Assembly: GCA_963801605.1 (NCBI GenBank)
Contig: CAWDFP010000006.1
Coordinates: 288,001-352,000, forward strand
DNA from: an uncultured candidate division Zixibacteria bacterium
Lineage (GTDB): Bacteria > Zixibacteria > MSB-5A5 > UBA10806
Length of the DNA stretch: 64,000 nucleotides
Reading direction: 5' to 3'
Within the stretch, counting starts at the first letter, position 1; each line of letters starts with the position of its first letter. The position numbers and the translations under genes were made by a program. Below are positions 10,206-21,500 of this stretch, piece after piece. The notes beneath the pieces are model-generated. The model was not told the DNA's origin. It did not search any database and saw only the letters and a program-made list of their open reading frames with translations.

Positions 10206-11561
10206 TTACCCAATCATGACGCTTTCCTCGGCGTACGAAATCCGGTCAGCCCCTTCCGGCCTGGCTATTACATAGAACATGGTCAGAAGACCAACTCGTC
10301 CGATGATCATCATTATAATCAAAATCAGTTTGCCAGATGTATGCAATCCTGGAGTTATTCCGGTCGAAAGGCCCACGGTGCCAAATGCAGAAACGGTTTC
10401 GAACAGATAATCAAGTTCGGCGCCTTTGGGAAGCCTCGACGGCGTAAAATCGCTTTCAAAAAGCATTAGAGCAATTGTGGCCGAAAAGAGAAGCAATACC
10501 GCCAGCACAAAGATCGAAACTGCTTTGATGACGCTGTCCCTGGAGACTGTCCGCTTAAATATCTCCACATCCGCTTTGCCGTAGAAACGCGCCCGAATTG
10601 CCATGACGATAACCGCAAAGCTCGAAGTTTTGATACCGCCGCCGGTGGAACCCGGCGAAGCGCCGATTATCATTAATAATATCGTAATAAGAATACTGAA
10701 AACCGTGAGGTTATTTTGAGGTACTGTATCGAACCCCGCTGTACGCGGTGTCACCGCCTGGAAAAAACCGGTTATGACTTTAAGATGCCAGGGATCATCC
10801 TTGTAAGCATTGTTCATCTCAAAAAGCACGAACAGAATCGTGCCGATAATAAGCAGCAAGCCGGTAGTAACTACCACCAATTTGGTGTGAAGCGTTAGCC
10901 GCCGGCGTTTACGGAAATTCCTGATTCGATCAGCTATCTCCATATTGGCGGTGAACCCCAAGCCTCCGATAATAATCAGCGCCGCAATTCCCAGCACAAC
11001 GGTAATATTGGAATGATAATCCTGCAATCCGTTTTGGGCGATTGAAAGGCCGGCGTTATTGAATGCCGAAATCGAGTGAAATATCGCAAAATAAATTGCC
11101 TGGAGCGGATTCATCCTGCTTGAAAAGGGAAAATAAAGAAGGATCACTCCAAGCCCTTCAATAATCAATGTCACAATAAAGGCCGCTTTAAGTATCGAGC
11201 GTACCTGAAGAGTAGCCCGGCTGGTGAATGTCTGCCGGAGATCGAATATTTGTCCCGACGAAATCCGTCCGCTAAAAACGAGGAAAAAGAGAGTCGAGAA
11301 GGTCATGACGCCCAGCCCGCCAAGCTGCATGAGAATCATGATAACCACCTCGCCGAAAGTGGAGTAGGTATTAGGAATATTAACGACGGTCAAACCGGTA
11401 ACGCAGAATGCGGAAGTTGAAGTGAATAAAGCATCAATAAAAGTGACCGGGCCTTTCTCGGCGCTGAGCTCGCTGAAAAGAAATATACCGCCAAGAAGGA
11501 TTGGAATGATAAACCAGATTGCAATTTTAAGGGCAGGTGCGATTCTCTTGAGGCGTGTCAT
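10206..11561 (-). CDS. ktrB: Ktr/Trk potassium uptake membrane subunit
   Basis: Pore-loop motifs SAFCVTGL, SAFNNAG, TPRTAGF, SAFGTVGLS; GASPGSTGGGIK. Confidence 0.92.
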   Translation of the reverse strand: MTRLKRIAPALKIAIWFIIPILLGGIFLFSELSAEKGPVTFIDALFTSTSAFCVTGLTVVNIPNTYSTFGEVVIMILMQLGGLGVMTFSTLFFLVFSGRISSGQIFDLRQTFTSRATLQVRSILKAAFIVTLIIEGLGVILLYFPFSSRMNPLQAIYFAIFHSISAFNNAGLSIAQNGLQDYHSNITVVLGIAALIIIGGLGFTANMEIADRIRNFRKRRRLTLHTKLVVVTTGLLLIIGTILFVLFEMNNAYKDDPWHLKVITGFFQAVTPRTAGFDTVPQNNLTVFSILITILLMIIGASPGSTGGGIKTSSFAVIVMAIRARFYGKADVEIFKRTVSRDSVIKAVSIFVLAVLLLFSATIALMLFESDFTPSRLPKGAELDYLFETVSAFGTVGLSTGITPGLHTSGKLILIIMMIIGRVGLLTMFYVIARPEGADRISYAEESVMIG

Positions 11562-11575
11562 GAATTATTTGAAAA

Positions 11576-12571
11576 TCACAACTCCAAATATGGGACAGCG
11601 TTATGGCCCAGACTGGACCGTTCGCCGCGCTCCAGGTGAAATGAACCACAGGCCGCAACCATGGCGCCGTTATCTGTACAAAGCTCAGGAGATGGGAAAA
11701 AGATCTCCATGTCTTCAGTCTTCCGTTCCATAAATAATTCCCTTAAGCGCTTGTTGCGCGCCACTCCTCCGGTAACGGAAATCTGTTTTACTTTCATAAA
11801 TTCGGCGGCTACAAGGGTTTTTCTCACCAGGATATCGGCTACGGCCTCCTGGAACGAGGCGGCAATATCTGCTCGATGAGATTCCACGAATTCGGACGGC
11901 TTTTCGTTTACAAAAACCGAGACTGCAGTCTTGAGACCGGAGAATGAGAACTCGAAGCTTTCTCGTCCCATTTGAGCCCGGGGAAACTTGATGAAGTTTC
12001 TATTTGCTCCCTTAGCTGCTTTTTCGATCGCCGGGCCTCCGGGGTAGCCGAAACCCAAAAGCTTCGAAATCTTATCAAAAGCCTCGCCGGGAGCATCGTC
12101 GCGGGTGGCGCCGAGGAGACGGTATTGCCCCCAATCTTCCACTAAATATAGATTCGAATGGCCGCCAGACGCCACTAAAGCAATGTGGGGAGTGCGAAGA
12201 TCTTTATGCTCGAGCTTTCCCGCAAAGATATGCCCCTCGAGATGATTCACTCCATAATAGGGAATACCCCTGGCCAGATGCACTGATTTCACAAATGAAA
12301 GCCCCACCAGAAGGCAGCCTACCAAACCGGGGCCGGACGTTACCGCCAGGCCATCGAGATCGTCAAGGGTGAGTTTGGCCGCTGATAGCGCTTTATCGAT
12401 TATACCCACTAATTCGGTGATATGAATACGCGAGGCGATTTCTGGAACGACGCCGCCGTAACGTTCATGAATTTCCTGGGAAAGGATGATATTGGAGAGA
12501 ATCTCGCGACCATCCCGAACGATACCAGCGGAGGTTTCGTCACAGGAGGTCTCAACTCCTAAGACTAACAT
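11576..12571 (-). CDS. tsaD: tRNA N6-adenosine threonylcarbamoyltransferase
   Basis: LGVETSCDET, GGVVPEIASR, VNHLEGH, SGGH, TRDDAPGEAFDK, FSFSGLKT, CTDNGAM. Confidence 0.97.
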   Translation of the reverse strand: MLVLGVETSCDETSAGIVRDGREILSNIILSQEIHERYGGVVPEIASRIHITELVGIIDKALSAAKLTLDDLDGLAVTSGPGLVGCLLVGLSFVKSVHLARGIPYYGVNHLEGHIFAGKLEHKDLRTPHIALVASGGHSNLYLVEDWGQYRLLGATRDDAPGEAFDKISKLLGFGYPGGPAIEKAAKGANRNFIKFPRAQMGRESFEFSFSGLKTAVSVFVNEKPSEFVESHRADIAASFQEAVADILVRKTLVAAEFMKVKQISVTGGVARNKRLRELFMERKTEDMEIFFPSPELCTDNGAMVAACGSFHLERGERSSLGHNAVPYLEL

Positions 12572-12575
12572 TAAC

Positions 12576-12974
12576 TTAAGTCCCGGGCTTAACGGTAACT
12601 ACAAATTGAGTGGGTCCGATAAAGGTAACACTATGATAGCTCGATGGATCAATATCATAAAGGTTGGTGGGATTAATGGTATATTCATATTGGCCAGGGC
12701 GAGATATAAAGGATAAGTCTATATAGGCAGTCGCGCCGCCCGAAAGCATTAATTGGAGAAGCTGCTTACCGGATGCGACTATCGAAACATCGGTGCTGGC
12801 CGGAGCGATGTCGGAAACCTTGAGATTATCTTTCAACCCGATAGTCTGTACTTTGGTGGCGAAGGTCTTTTCGTATATCTTCTCGGTTGAGACATGGAAC
12901 CAGAGCACCAGCGCTAAAAGGATGGCGATTATCTTCCATCCAAGATTAGAGAAGATTTTTTCCTTAATGTTCAA
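12576..12974 (-). CDS. YbbR/CdaR-like protein (N-terminal TM + single YbbR domain)
   Basis: NLGWKIIAILLALVLWFHV N-terminus typical of YbbR; AYIDLS...GQY. Confidence 0.7.
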   Translation of the reverse strand: MNIKEKIFSNLGWKIIAILLALVLWFHVSTEKIYEKTFATKVQTIGLKDNLKVSDIAPASTDVSIVASGKQLLQLMLSGGATAYIDLSFISRPGQYEYTINPTNLYDIDPSSYHSVTFIGPTQFVVTVKPGT

Positions 12975-13165
12975 GGCTGTTTATCGGTATGTTTGATGAG
13001 CTTACCCTTTGAAACCTCGCCATTATCTATTCGGATATTATACTGGCAATCCGGGTTAGAGCAAACCCAGGCTTTATATCGGATTTCTGAGCCATCGCGC
13101 CCGTAATCCGAAAGCGGCACCAGGACCCCCTTATTGCATTTCAAACATTGTGGGTAGTTTTCCAA
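12971..13165 (-). CDS. Small zinc-finger protein
   Basis: CLKC...WVCSNPDC; TTG start with GGAGGAGAGG RBS; 4-bp overlap with the ybbR-like gene. Confidence 0.7.
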   Translation of the reverse strand: MENYPQCLKCNKGVLVPLSDYGRDGSEIRYKAWVCSNPDCQYNIRIDNGEVSKGKLIKHTDKQP

Positions 13166-13810
13166 TTCCTCTCCTCCCTACGTTGTCCGCAACCCATAAT
13201 ATTACAAAACAAGGATTTGTCTGTCAATTAGGAATTGTTAGCATTTCAAAAAGAACAGCTGAATTACTATTGGAATCCGCCTTATTTCATAATTTTGGCA
13301 AACGATCCCGTTCAAAGGTTTATCCTATTATATCTTTTACGCTTACCCGTGCCGAAATTTTTTAGTTAAATTCATATCTGTCAGTTAGCTGTCGTCGCCG
13401 TTCATCGGCAACAGTTGTCCAAAGCTATGCCGAGACGTATTATATTTCTCCCTTAGCTTGTCCATTTTTCAAGTACAGGCTACCGTCTTTTTCAGTATCG
13501 GACAATAACCAGTAGTACAATTAAACCACCATCCCAAAGACTGCTTATTTGAAGAACCAATTCGGTTTTTGCCCCAAAATAAAGGGTCGGCCCATTTTTT
13601 TGTAGGACCGACCGCCTAAAGTAGCCCCCGCAATTCTTCTAATATGAAAAATGCCAGTTTTGCTGGCTTTTTTGATTTTTGTGATCCTTAGCAGTATTTC
13701 TCTAAGTAAACCCCTTTTTATAATCCAACGCAAATTAAGTAGGGGCGGGATGGCTGTCAAGCGAATAATTTTAGGCGAATTCTGGACCTAAAAATAGGTT
13801 GAAAAACTTA

Positions 13811-14105
13811 TTACTTAAGCAACAAGAGCTTTTTAACTTCCGTTTGATCGCTTGCCCTGAGCCTGACAAAATATACGCCGCTTGAAACCGTCTGCCCATT
13901 GCCGTTATGCCCATCCCAAATAATACTGTGGCTCCCGGCCGGCAGCGGTTGATTGATCAGGGTGGTTATTTTCTGGCCGAGGATGTTATATATGGTAAGC
14001 TCAACAATTCCTGTGGCTGGGTAGGTCGAATTCAATCTTGGTTTGCGAATTAAAAGGATTGGGGTAGCTTTGATGCAAGGAGAAGCTTTTGGGGACCACT
14101 TCCAC
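13811..14105 (-). pseudogene. Stand-alone FlgD-like/secretion C-terminal sorting domain, frameshifted (+1, probably a sequencing error)
   Basis: Frame A reads (GTG)EVVPKSFSLHQSYPNPFNSQTKIEFDLP. Removing one C from CTACCCAGCC (~14020) joins it to ATGIVELTIYNILGQKI...WDG...SSGVYFVRL...KKLLLLK. Confidence 0.65.
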
Positions 14106-14175
14106 CTCTTTCCTGGGATAACCGCTGTTAATATGAAACGATTGGATTCCAGATCAAACCCGTGATCCCGCCCGC

Positions 14176-15549
14176 TCAGACCCTGATGGTCAGCCATCTG
14201 CCGCGCTGGTAATATACAAAGAAGGCGATGGCGCTAACGGCTGCCGCCAGAGTCATGATCCACCAGATGGCCAGCTCGCCGCCGCCGAAAAACTGCCTTA
14301 CAATGAAGATCGGCAAAACCTGTAACACCCAGGCATTGATGATATTTACAACCATCGCCGGAGTATTAAGCCCGACGCCAGTATGAACAAACTCAATGAT
14401 CATTAGAGCTCCCATAAATGGCATACAAAGTGCAATAATCCTCATCAGCCCCACGCCGTGTTCAATGGTTTCGGAATTCGAAAAGAATATTCCGAGCACC
14501 TGAGGCGCCAGAGCGAATATTATCAAGCCAAAGACAGTCATAATGCCGACACCTATCGCAATCGATTTGTCGCCGGTATTCTTGGCGCGTTCGATTTTTT
14601 CGGCGCCAACATTATGGCCGATAAGAGCCGAAAGCCCCAGTCCAATTCCCACCATAAGAGTATAGCCCAGTCCCATGATTTGATTGGCCACGCCATAAGC
14701 CGCCACCACCGCAGTCCCAAAACCGGCAATCATCGGAGTAATGAGAAGGCGCGACGATGAAAATGACATTTCGGCCAGCCAGGCGGGTATCCCCAATTTG
14801 ACTAATATCCACATGCTGTCAAGGGACATCTTCTCTTTGCTTTTCCAGTGGACTCGGACATTGGTATGGCCGGTGAAGAAAAGCCAGATGCCTATCGAAA
14901 AGATAACTGTAAAGGTAATCACCGAGGCATAGGCAGCGCCAACCATGCCAAAGGCCGGCAAACCGAAAAGCCCAAATATCAATATTGGATCCAGGGCCAT
15001 GTTGAGGACACTGAATCCAAGCATCAATATCATAGCCTTATGGGGATTGGCCGTTCCTCGAAGGGCAGTGAAGATTGTCCAGATGGCATAGTTGATGGGC
15101 AACCCTATAAAGATGATTCGTCCGTACTGGAGACCAAGAGTTAGAGATTCATCCCGCGCTCCGATTAGATACATCATCTGAGGTAGAAAAACAAATCCCA
15201 CAATACCGAAGATCGTTCCGAAAAGAAGCTTGAGTACGAGAGTTTCCTTGATCGCCTTCTCGGTCTTACCGTATTCCCTTTCGCCGTACCGTCGGGAGAT
15301 AATTGCCACCGAACCGGGACCAATCAAATGATTAAAGGTACCCAGAAACCAGGCCAGATTGTTAAAGAAGGTGATCCCCGCTACAGCCGATTCCGATTGA
15401 GGCAGATGCGAGACCCAGAACATATTTACCAAGCCATAAATGTTCTGCGACATAAATCCGAACATCGATGGCAATCCCATCTTGAGGATCGATTTGGTGA
15501 TGGATCCTTTGGTGTAATCGGTGTGGGTTTCGTTTTTATCGTCTATCAT
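14176..15549 (-). CDS. MATE family efflux transporter
   Basis: About 12 TMs; LRGTANP, NMALDPILIFG, GAAYAS, FGTAVVAAYG, GHNVGA; likely start ATG at 15549. Confidence 0.9.
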   Translation of the reverse strand: MIDDKNETHTDYTKGSITKSILKMGLPSMFGFMSQNIYGLVNMFWVSHLPQSESAVAGITFFNNLAWFLGTFNHLIGPGSVAIISRRYGEREYGKTEKAIKETLVLKLLFGTIFGIVGFVFLPQMMYLIGARDESLTLGLQYGRIIFIGLPINYAIWTIFTALRGTANPHKAMILMLGFSVLNMALDPILIFGLFGLPAFGMVGAAYASVITFTVIFSIGIWLFFTGHTNVRVHWKSKEKMSLDSMWILVKLGIPAWLAEMSFSSSRLLITPMIAGFGTAVVAAYGVANQIMGLGYTLMVGIGLGLSALIGHNVGAEKIERAKNTGDKSIAIGVGIMTVFGLIIFALAPQVLGIFFSNSETIEHGVGLMRIIALCMPFMGALMIIEFVHTGVGLNTPAMVVNIINAWVLQVLPIFIVRQFFGGGELAIWWIMTLAAAVSAIAFFVYYQRGRWLTIRV

Positions 15550-15961
15550 CTTTATGATCCAAAATAGCAGATACGTAAATATTTCACAAGTGTTGCCTGC
15601 AAGCCAATTTGATTTTAACCGGGTTCCGGGCACTTATCAAGAAATCAAATAGTTAGACAATGGGCACTTGCAGAACGCAGAGATGATTTATTTTAATTTC
15701 GTAAAATAACAGGGACAAAGGAGGCGGATATCGAAGATACACCTTATCAGTGCAGCAATTTTAAATTTATAAGAAATTATGTAATTTTAGTGATAATAAG
15801 GGCGGTGCGCGCCGAAATATATTATATTGGCAGTGCATGGTGATCTTAGTTAACGGTCACTGGGAGAGGAAGTATGTTTGGTCTTTAGGACGAACCCAAT
15901 CCTCCTTAAACTTTTCAGTAGATTTCATTTGATTCTCCTCTTATAATAATTAAAATTCGAG

Positions 15962-16888
15962 ATGCGCGTGGAACAGACTATTTCGATAGCGACTAAATCA
16001 CAAGCAGTAAAGAAAATCAGGTTCAATAAAGTCTTTTGGGCTGTGCTTTATTCAGCCGCAATTATCGTATATATATTTATTTTTTATGGCGGAGCATCGT
16101 TTTACCTGACTCCCTATATGGATCGGCCTTACAGCGCGGCATACCGGTCGCTTCGACCGGCCGGATTTACGGGTCATGCTTACGGCGTGATCGGTTCAGC
16201 GTTGATGATTTTGATGCTTTCCTATTCTCTTCGAAAAAGAGTCAGGGTATTACGAAATTGGGGGATGTTAAGCCGCTGGCTCGATACTCATATCTTTTTT
16301 GGCATTGTGGGACCGTTGCTGGTCGTGCTGCATACAGCATTCAAGGTACAAGGGTTGGTAGCTGTAAGTTTTTGGTCGATGGTGGCGGTTACTATAAGCG
16401 GTATTTTCGGGCGTTATTTGTATCTTCAGATACCGCGTAATATCCAGGGCGACGAGCTAAGTATAAAAGAGCTCGAGGAATCAAACCTGCGCTATTCACA
16501 AGAGCTTCAGAAGGAATATAATCTCTCGGAAGAGATCGTCAAACGACTGGAGGCTCGTGAAACTTTTAAGATTTCCGAAAGCGCGGGCGCTTTCAAAATC
16601 CTGGCGACGGTGTTTGTAAATGATGCGCTCCGCCCTTTTACATTTTTTACCCGAAAGCGAGAGGAGCACGCCGATCTTAAACACCTTCCCCACGAACAGC
16701 AAAAGAAGATTGTTCGTATCTTACACCGGAAGTCGATTTTGACCAGGCGCGTGCAGCTTTTAAATCACATGCAGCGTCTTTTTCACTATTGGCATGTAAT
16801 CCACAAACCGTTTGCGATAATTATGTATTTGATAATGGTGATTCATATTACGGTGGCTGTCTGGACGGGGTATAAATGGATTTTTTAA
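15962..16888 (+). CDS. Integral membrane diheme cytochrome b-like protein (ferric-reductase-type His pairs)
   Basis: TM helices with His pairs 14 residues apart (WLDTHIFFGIVGPLLVVLH; WHVIHKPFAIIMYLIMVIH); first gene of the cytochrome operon. Confidence 0.7.
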   Translation: MRVEQTISIATKSQAVKKIRFNKVFWAVLYSAAIIVYIFIFYGGASFYLTPYMDRPYSAAYRSLRPAGFTGHAYGVIGSALMILMLSYSLRKRVRVLRNWGMLSRWLDTHIFFGIVGPLLVVLHTAFKVQGLVAVSFWSMVAVTISGIFGRYLYLQIPRNIQGDELSIKELEESNLRYSQELQKEYNLSEEIVKRLEARETFKISESAGAFKILATVFVNDALRPFTFFTRKREEHADLKHLPHEQQKKIVRILHRKSILTRRVQLLNHMQRLFHYWHVIHKPFAIIMYLIMVIHITVAVWTGYKWIF

Positions 16889-16902
16889 GGATTGCGATTT
16901 CA

Positions 16903-18589
16903 ATGCGTCAATTATCTCTGGTCGCTTTATTAATCTTTCTTGTTTCGGGAAATCTTTTGGCGCAGCTTTCACCCGGTGAGCTTTCACGGCCGCATGCATA
17001 TCTGGAAGGCCTGGAAAATTGCAATAAATGCCATGGTTTCGAAGAAAAACTTTCGCCGGACAAATGCCTGGCCTGCCATCTGTTTCTCGCCGCTCGAATC
17101 AAGGCCGGGCAGGGGCTTCATGCCAACACCGAACATTCCGATTGCGGAAGCTGTCACGTTGAGCATCAGGGGAGAAACTTTATTATCATACATTGGAATG
17201 GCGGCGAGGAAAAGTTCGATCATAATCAGACAGGTTACAAACTCGATGGTAAACATGCAAAATTAGAATGCCGGGCCTGTCATAAGAGTAATAATATAAA
17301 TCCAACAGCTAAGTTACAATCGGATAAGATAGATCTCAATCGCACCTTCCTTGGGACTCGAAAAGGATTGTCTTTCCTGCCATCCAGATGAACATCACGG
17401 ACAATTAGCAAAGGACTGCCTGACCTGTCATATTATGGCAGGATGGAAACCTGCCAGCGCTTTTGACCATTCCAAGGCCAAATATATCCTAACCGGCAAG
17501 CATACTGACGTAACTTGCGTGAAGTGCCATCCGTCGCTGACGAATGAAAATCAGCCATCAGGTAAAGCGTATACCAAATTTACCGGATTGCAATTCCAGA
17601 AGTGTTTGGACTGCCACAAAGACGTTCACAACAATAAATTTGGGCAGAACTGCGAGAGCTGCCATAATACATCAAGCTGGACAAGTGTAAATCAAACAAA
17701 ATTCGATCATTCGAAAACCCAGTATCCGCTCGAACTTAAACATGTTTCGGTTGCCTGTAACAAATGCCATGTTCCGGGAAAGCCGCTTGCCGGATTAAAA
17801 TTCAAGCTCTGCACAGATTGCCACGGCGATTATCATCGGGGAGATTTCGCATCCCGCGAGAAAAAGGGCGCTTGCGAAGAGTGCCATACATTGGCGGGAT
17901 TTGAGATCACTAAATTTACTGTCGACGAACATCAAAAAACAAAATATCAGTTGGCGGGAAGCCACCTGGCAGTCCCTTGCGACGGCTGCCACAAGAAGGT
18001 GATTCTCAACGGTAATAATGAGACGGTTCATATCAAATTCGAAAGCACTCGCTGCCAGGTCTGTCATACTGATCCTCATAAAGGAGCAGTTGACAATTAC
18101 ATGCCAAAGGGCGGATGTGAGTATTGCCACTTAGTAGAAAACTGGCGAGCCAGTTCTTATGATCATTCGCAAGCGAAATTTGTTCTCGACGGCAAACATA
18201 AGACGATCGCATGCAAGGCGTGCCATCAAAAAAAGGGTACTGATCCGCCTCTCTTACAGTTTACCGAACTGGCGCAAAATTGTCAGGGGTGCCATGATGA
18301 TATTCATCGCGGGCAGTTTGTCCAGGTTTCTTCCACAAAAGATGGCTCAAGCAAAGATACGGAATGCAATCGCTGCCATACAGCTGTTGCCTGGAAAACG
18401 CTTAAATTCGATCATAGCCGCGATTCCAAATTTATTCTCGATGGTGCTCATATCAAGCTTTTATGCATCCAATGTCATAAACCTGAAATGATAGACGGTA
18501 AAGCTTTTATAAAATATAAGCCGCTGGGGTCCAAATGCAGCGATTGCCACGGCGGTCAAACGATCCAAACCGGAGCGGGCCAATCATGA
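16903..18589 (+). CDS. 20-heme cytochrome c, split by a +1 frameshift at ~17353
   Basis: Signal peptide from ATG 16903; 4 CxxCH in the first ORF + 16 in the second. Deleting one G from CTTGGGACTC gives continuous RTFLGLEKDCLSCH. Confidence 0.85.
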
Positions 18590-21500
18590 AAAGGATAGCT
18601 ATAGCAACGGTTATTAGTCTGGCACTCGCCACGATACTGTTAGCGGCTAACGCTACTCAAAACCCTCACGGGAAACTTCAGTGGGAGTGCTATGATTGTC
18701 ACAATACAACGTCATGGACGTCCTTCAAAGAACCGATGACATTTCAGCATGACAAAACCGGTTTTCCTTTGGTGGGAAGACACGGTAAGGTCGATTGCGG
18801 CAATTGCCATAAAGATTTGAAGTTCTCCATGATAGGTTCCGCCTGCGCCGATTGCCATCCCGACATACACAGAGCGCAATTCGGGACAGATTGCGAAAAT
18901 TGCCATACGCCAAAAAACTGGGCAGACAATAAGGAAATAATTAATCTTCATGCCTCTAACGGCTTTCCATTGGTGGGAGTGCATGCGATTGCCGATTGTG
19001 ATGCCTGCCATATCGGCCAACAAAATAAAGAGTATGCCGGCACGCCAGTCGATTGCAAAGGGTGCCACGAAAGCAATTTCACATCTTCCACTGATCCCAA
19101 TCACAATCAGGCGGGATTTTCATCCGATTGTCAGAAATGCCATTTGCAGGTGGCATCAAGCTGGAAAAACACGACGTATCAGCACCCGGCGGCATTTGCT
19201 CTTCACGGAGGACATTTAACAATCGGCTGCAACAGTTGCCATACTCAAGGCTTCACCAATACAAGTTCGGATTGCTATTCGTGTCATCAAGCGCAGTTTA
19301 ATGCCACAACCAATCCGACACACGCCGCCTTTGGTTTCCCAACTACCTGTGCCGCCTGCCACAACGATGTCTCCTGGCAAGGAACACAATTCGATCATGT
19401 GCAGGCCAGCCAATTCGCCTTAAATGGGGCACATGCAACCGCACTGTGCACATCATGCCATATAAATAATCAACTAACGGGGCTGGCTCGCGATTGTTAT
19501 GGCTGCCACCAAAGAGATTTTTCGGGAGCCAACAACCCGGATCACGTCCAGGGCAATTTCCCTCAGACTTGTCTGACCTGCCATAATGAAAACGCCTGGT
19601 CACCGGCGACATTCGACCACAGTCAGTCGCGTTTCCCGCTTACCGGAGCCCATACCGCGCTTCAGTGCCAGGCTTGCCATGCAAACGGCTATCAGAATAC
19701 GCCATTCGATTGTTTCTCATGCCATCAGACTAATTATAATGGCGCCACGAATCCCAATCACGTTCAGAACAACTTCGATCACAACTGCGCAGTCTGCCAC
19801 AGCACATCAGCCTGGTCACCGTCGACTTTTAACCACAACAATACTACTTTCCCTCTGACCGGAGCTCACACGTCAATACAGTGCGTAGCCTGTCATTCGG
19901 CCGGTTACCAAAATACTCCGACGGATTGTTATTCATGTCATCAAGCGGCATTCAACGGAGTAAGCGATCCCAACCACGTGACGAATAATTTCAATCACGA
20001 TTGCACTCAATGCCATAACACCTCGGCCTGGACTCCAGCGACGTTCGATCACGCCAACACCCGATTCCCCTTGACGGGGGCGCATATTCCTCTGCAATGT
20101 ATCGCTTGCCATGCAAATGGATATCAAAATACGCCATACGACTGCTATTCATGTCATGCCAACGACTTCAACAACGCCACGGATCCAAATCATATCCAGA
20201 ATAATTTCAGCCATGACTGCACCCAATGCCACAATACATCAAGTTGGAGCGATGGTTTCAACCACAGTAATTTGGGATTTCCTTTAACAGGTGCGCATAC
20301 ATCCCTGCAATGTATCGCCTGTCATGCTAACGGGTATCAAAATACGCCTGCTGATTGTTATTCTTGCCATGAAGCGGCATTCAATGCGGTGACTGATCCA
20401 AACCACGTCCAAAACAATTTCAATCATGATTGTACTTTATGTCACAGTACGACTTCCTGGTCACCGGCAACATTCGATCATAGCTCAACCACGTTCCCTC
20501 TTACAGGAGCGCACACATCCGTTCAGTGCATAGCCTGTCATGCCAACGGCTACCAGAATACGCCTACGGATTGCTATTCATGTCATGAAGCAGCCTTCAT
20601 TGGAGTATCCGATCCTAATCACGTCACGAATAATTTTGATCATAACTGCACGATCTGCCACACTACCACCGGCTGGTCCCCGGCGACATTCGATCATAAC
20701 GGCACGGCTTTCCCTCTAACGGGAGCGCATATATCGCTACAGTGCATAGCCTGCCATGCCAACGGATATCAAAATACGCCGACGGATTGCTGGTCCTGTC
20801 ATCAGGCAGCCTACAATGGGGCAACCGATCCCAACCATGTTCAGAATAATTTTGATCATAATTGCACGATCTGTCACAGCACCACGGGCTGGTCGCCGTC
20901 GACATTCAATCACAACAATACCGCTTTTCCTCTAACGGGAGCGCATATATCGCTGCAGTGTATAGCCTGTCATGCCAATGGTTATCAAAATACACCTACT
21001 GATTGCTGGTCATGCCATTCCGGCGATTACAATCGAACCACGGATCCGAACCATGTTCAGAATAATTTCAGCCATGACTGTACCCAATGTCATAACACTT
21101 CAAGATGGGATGATGGTTTTAACCATGGCAATTTAGGTTTCCCCTTAACCGGAGCGCACTCGACGCTTCAATGTATCGCATGTCACGCTAATGGATATAT
21201 TAATACGCCTGCGGATTGTTATTCCTGCCATGAAACGGCATTTATTGGTGTAACCGATCCCAACCACGTTCAAAACAACTTTAATCATGATTGTACTCAA
21301 TGCCATACAACAAATGGCTGGACGCCAGCCACATTTGACCATGCAGGTACGCCATTCCCGTTAACCGGGGCACACGTTTCGGTGCAATGTGTAGCATGCC
21401 ATGCGAACGGTTATCAAAACACTCCGACGGATTGCTATGCCTGCCATCAAACAGCATACGATGGCGTAACCGATCCTAATCACGTTCAAAACAACTTCAA

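Noticed and set aside
13375..13500. c-di-AMP (ydaO) riboswitch upstream of the ktr operon
   Set aside because: Only GACAGCTAAC matches on the minus strand; the GCUGAA, GGGGGA and GGGGUGAAU elements are absent
15572..15589. Rex/CRP/FNR operator upstream of the cytochrome operon
   Set aside because: Only one half-site (TTCACAA) matches; the other half is poor
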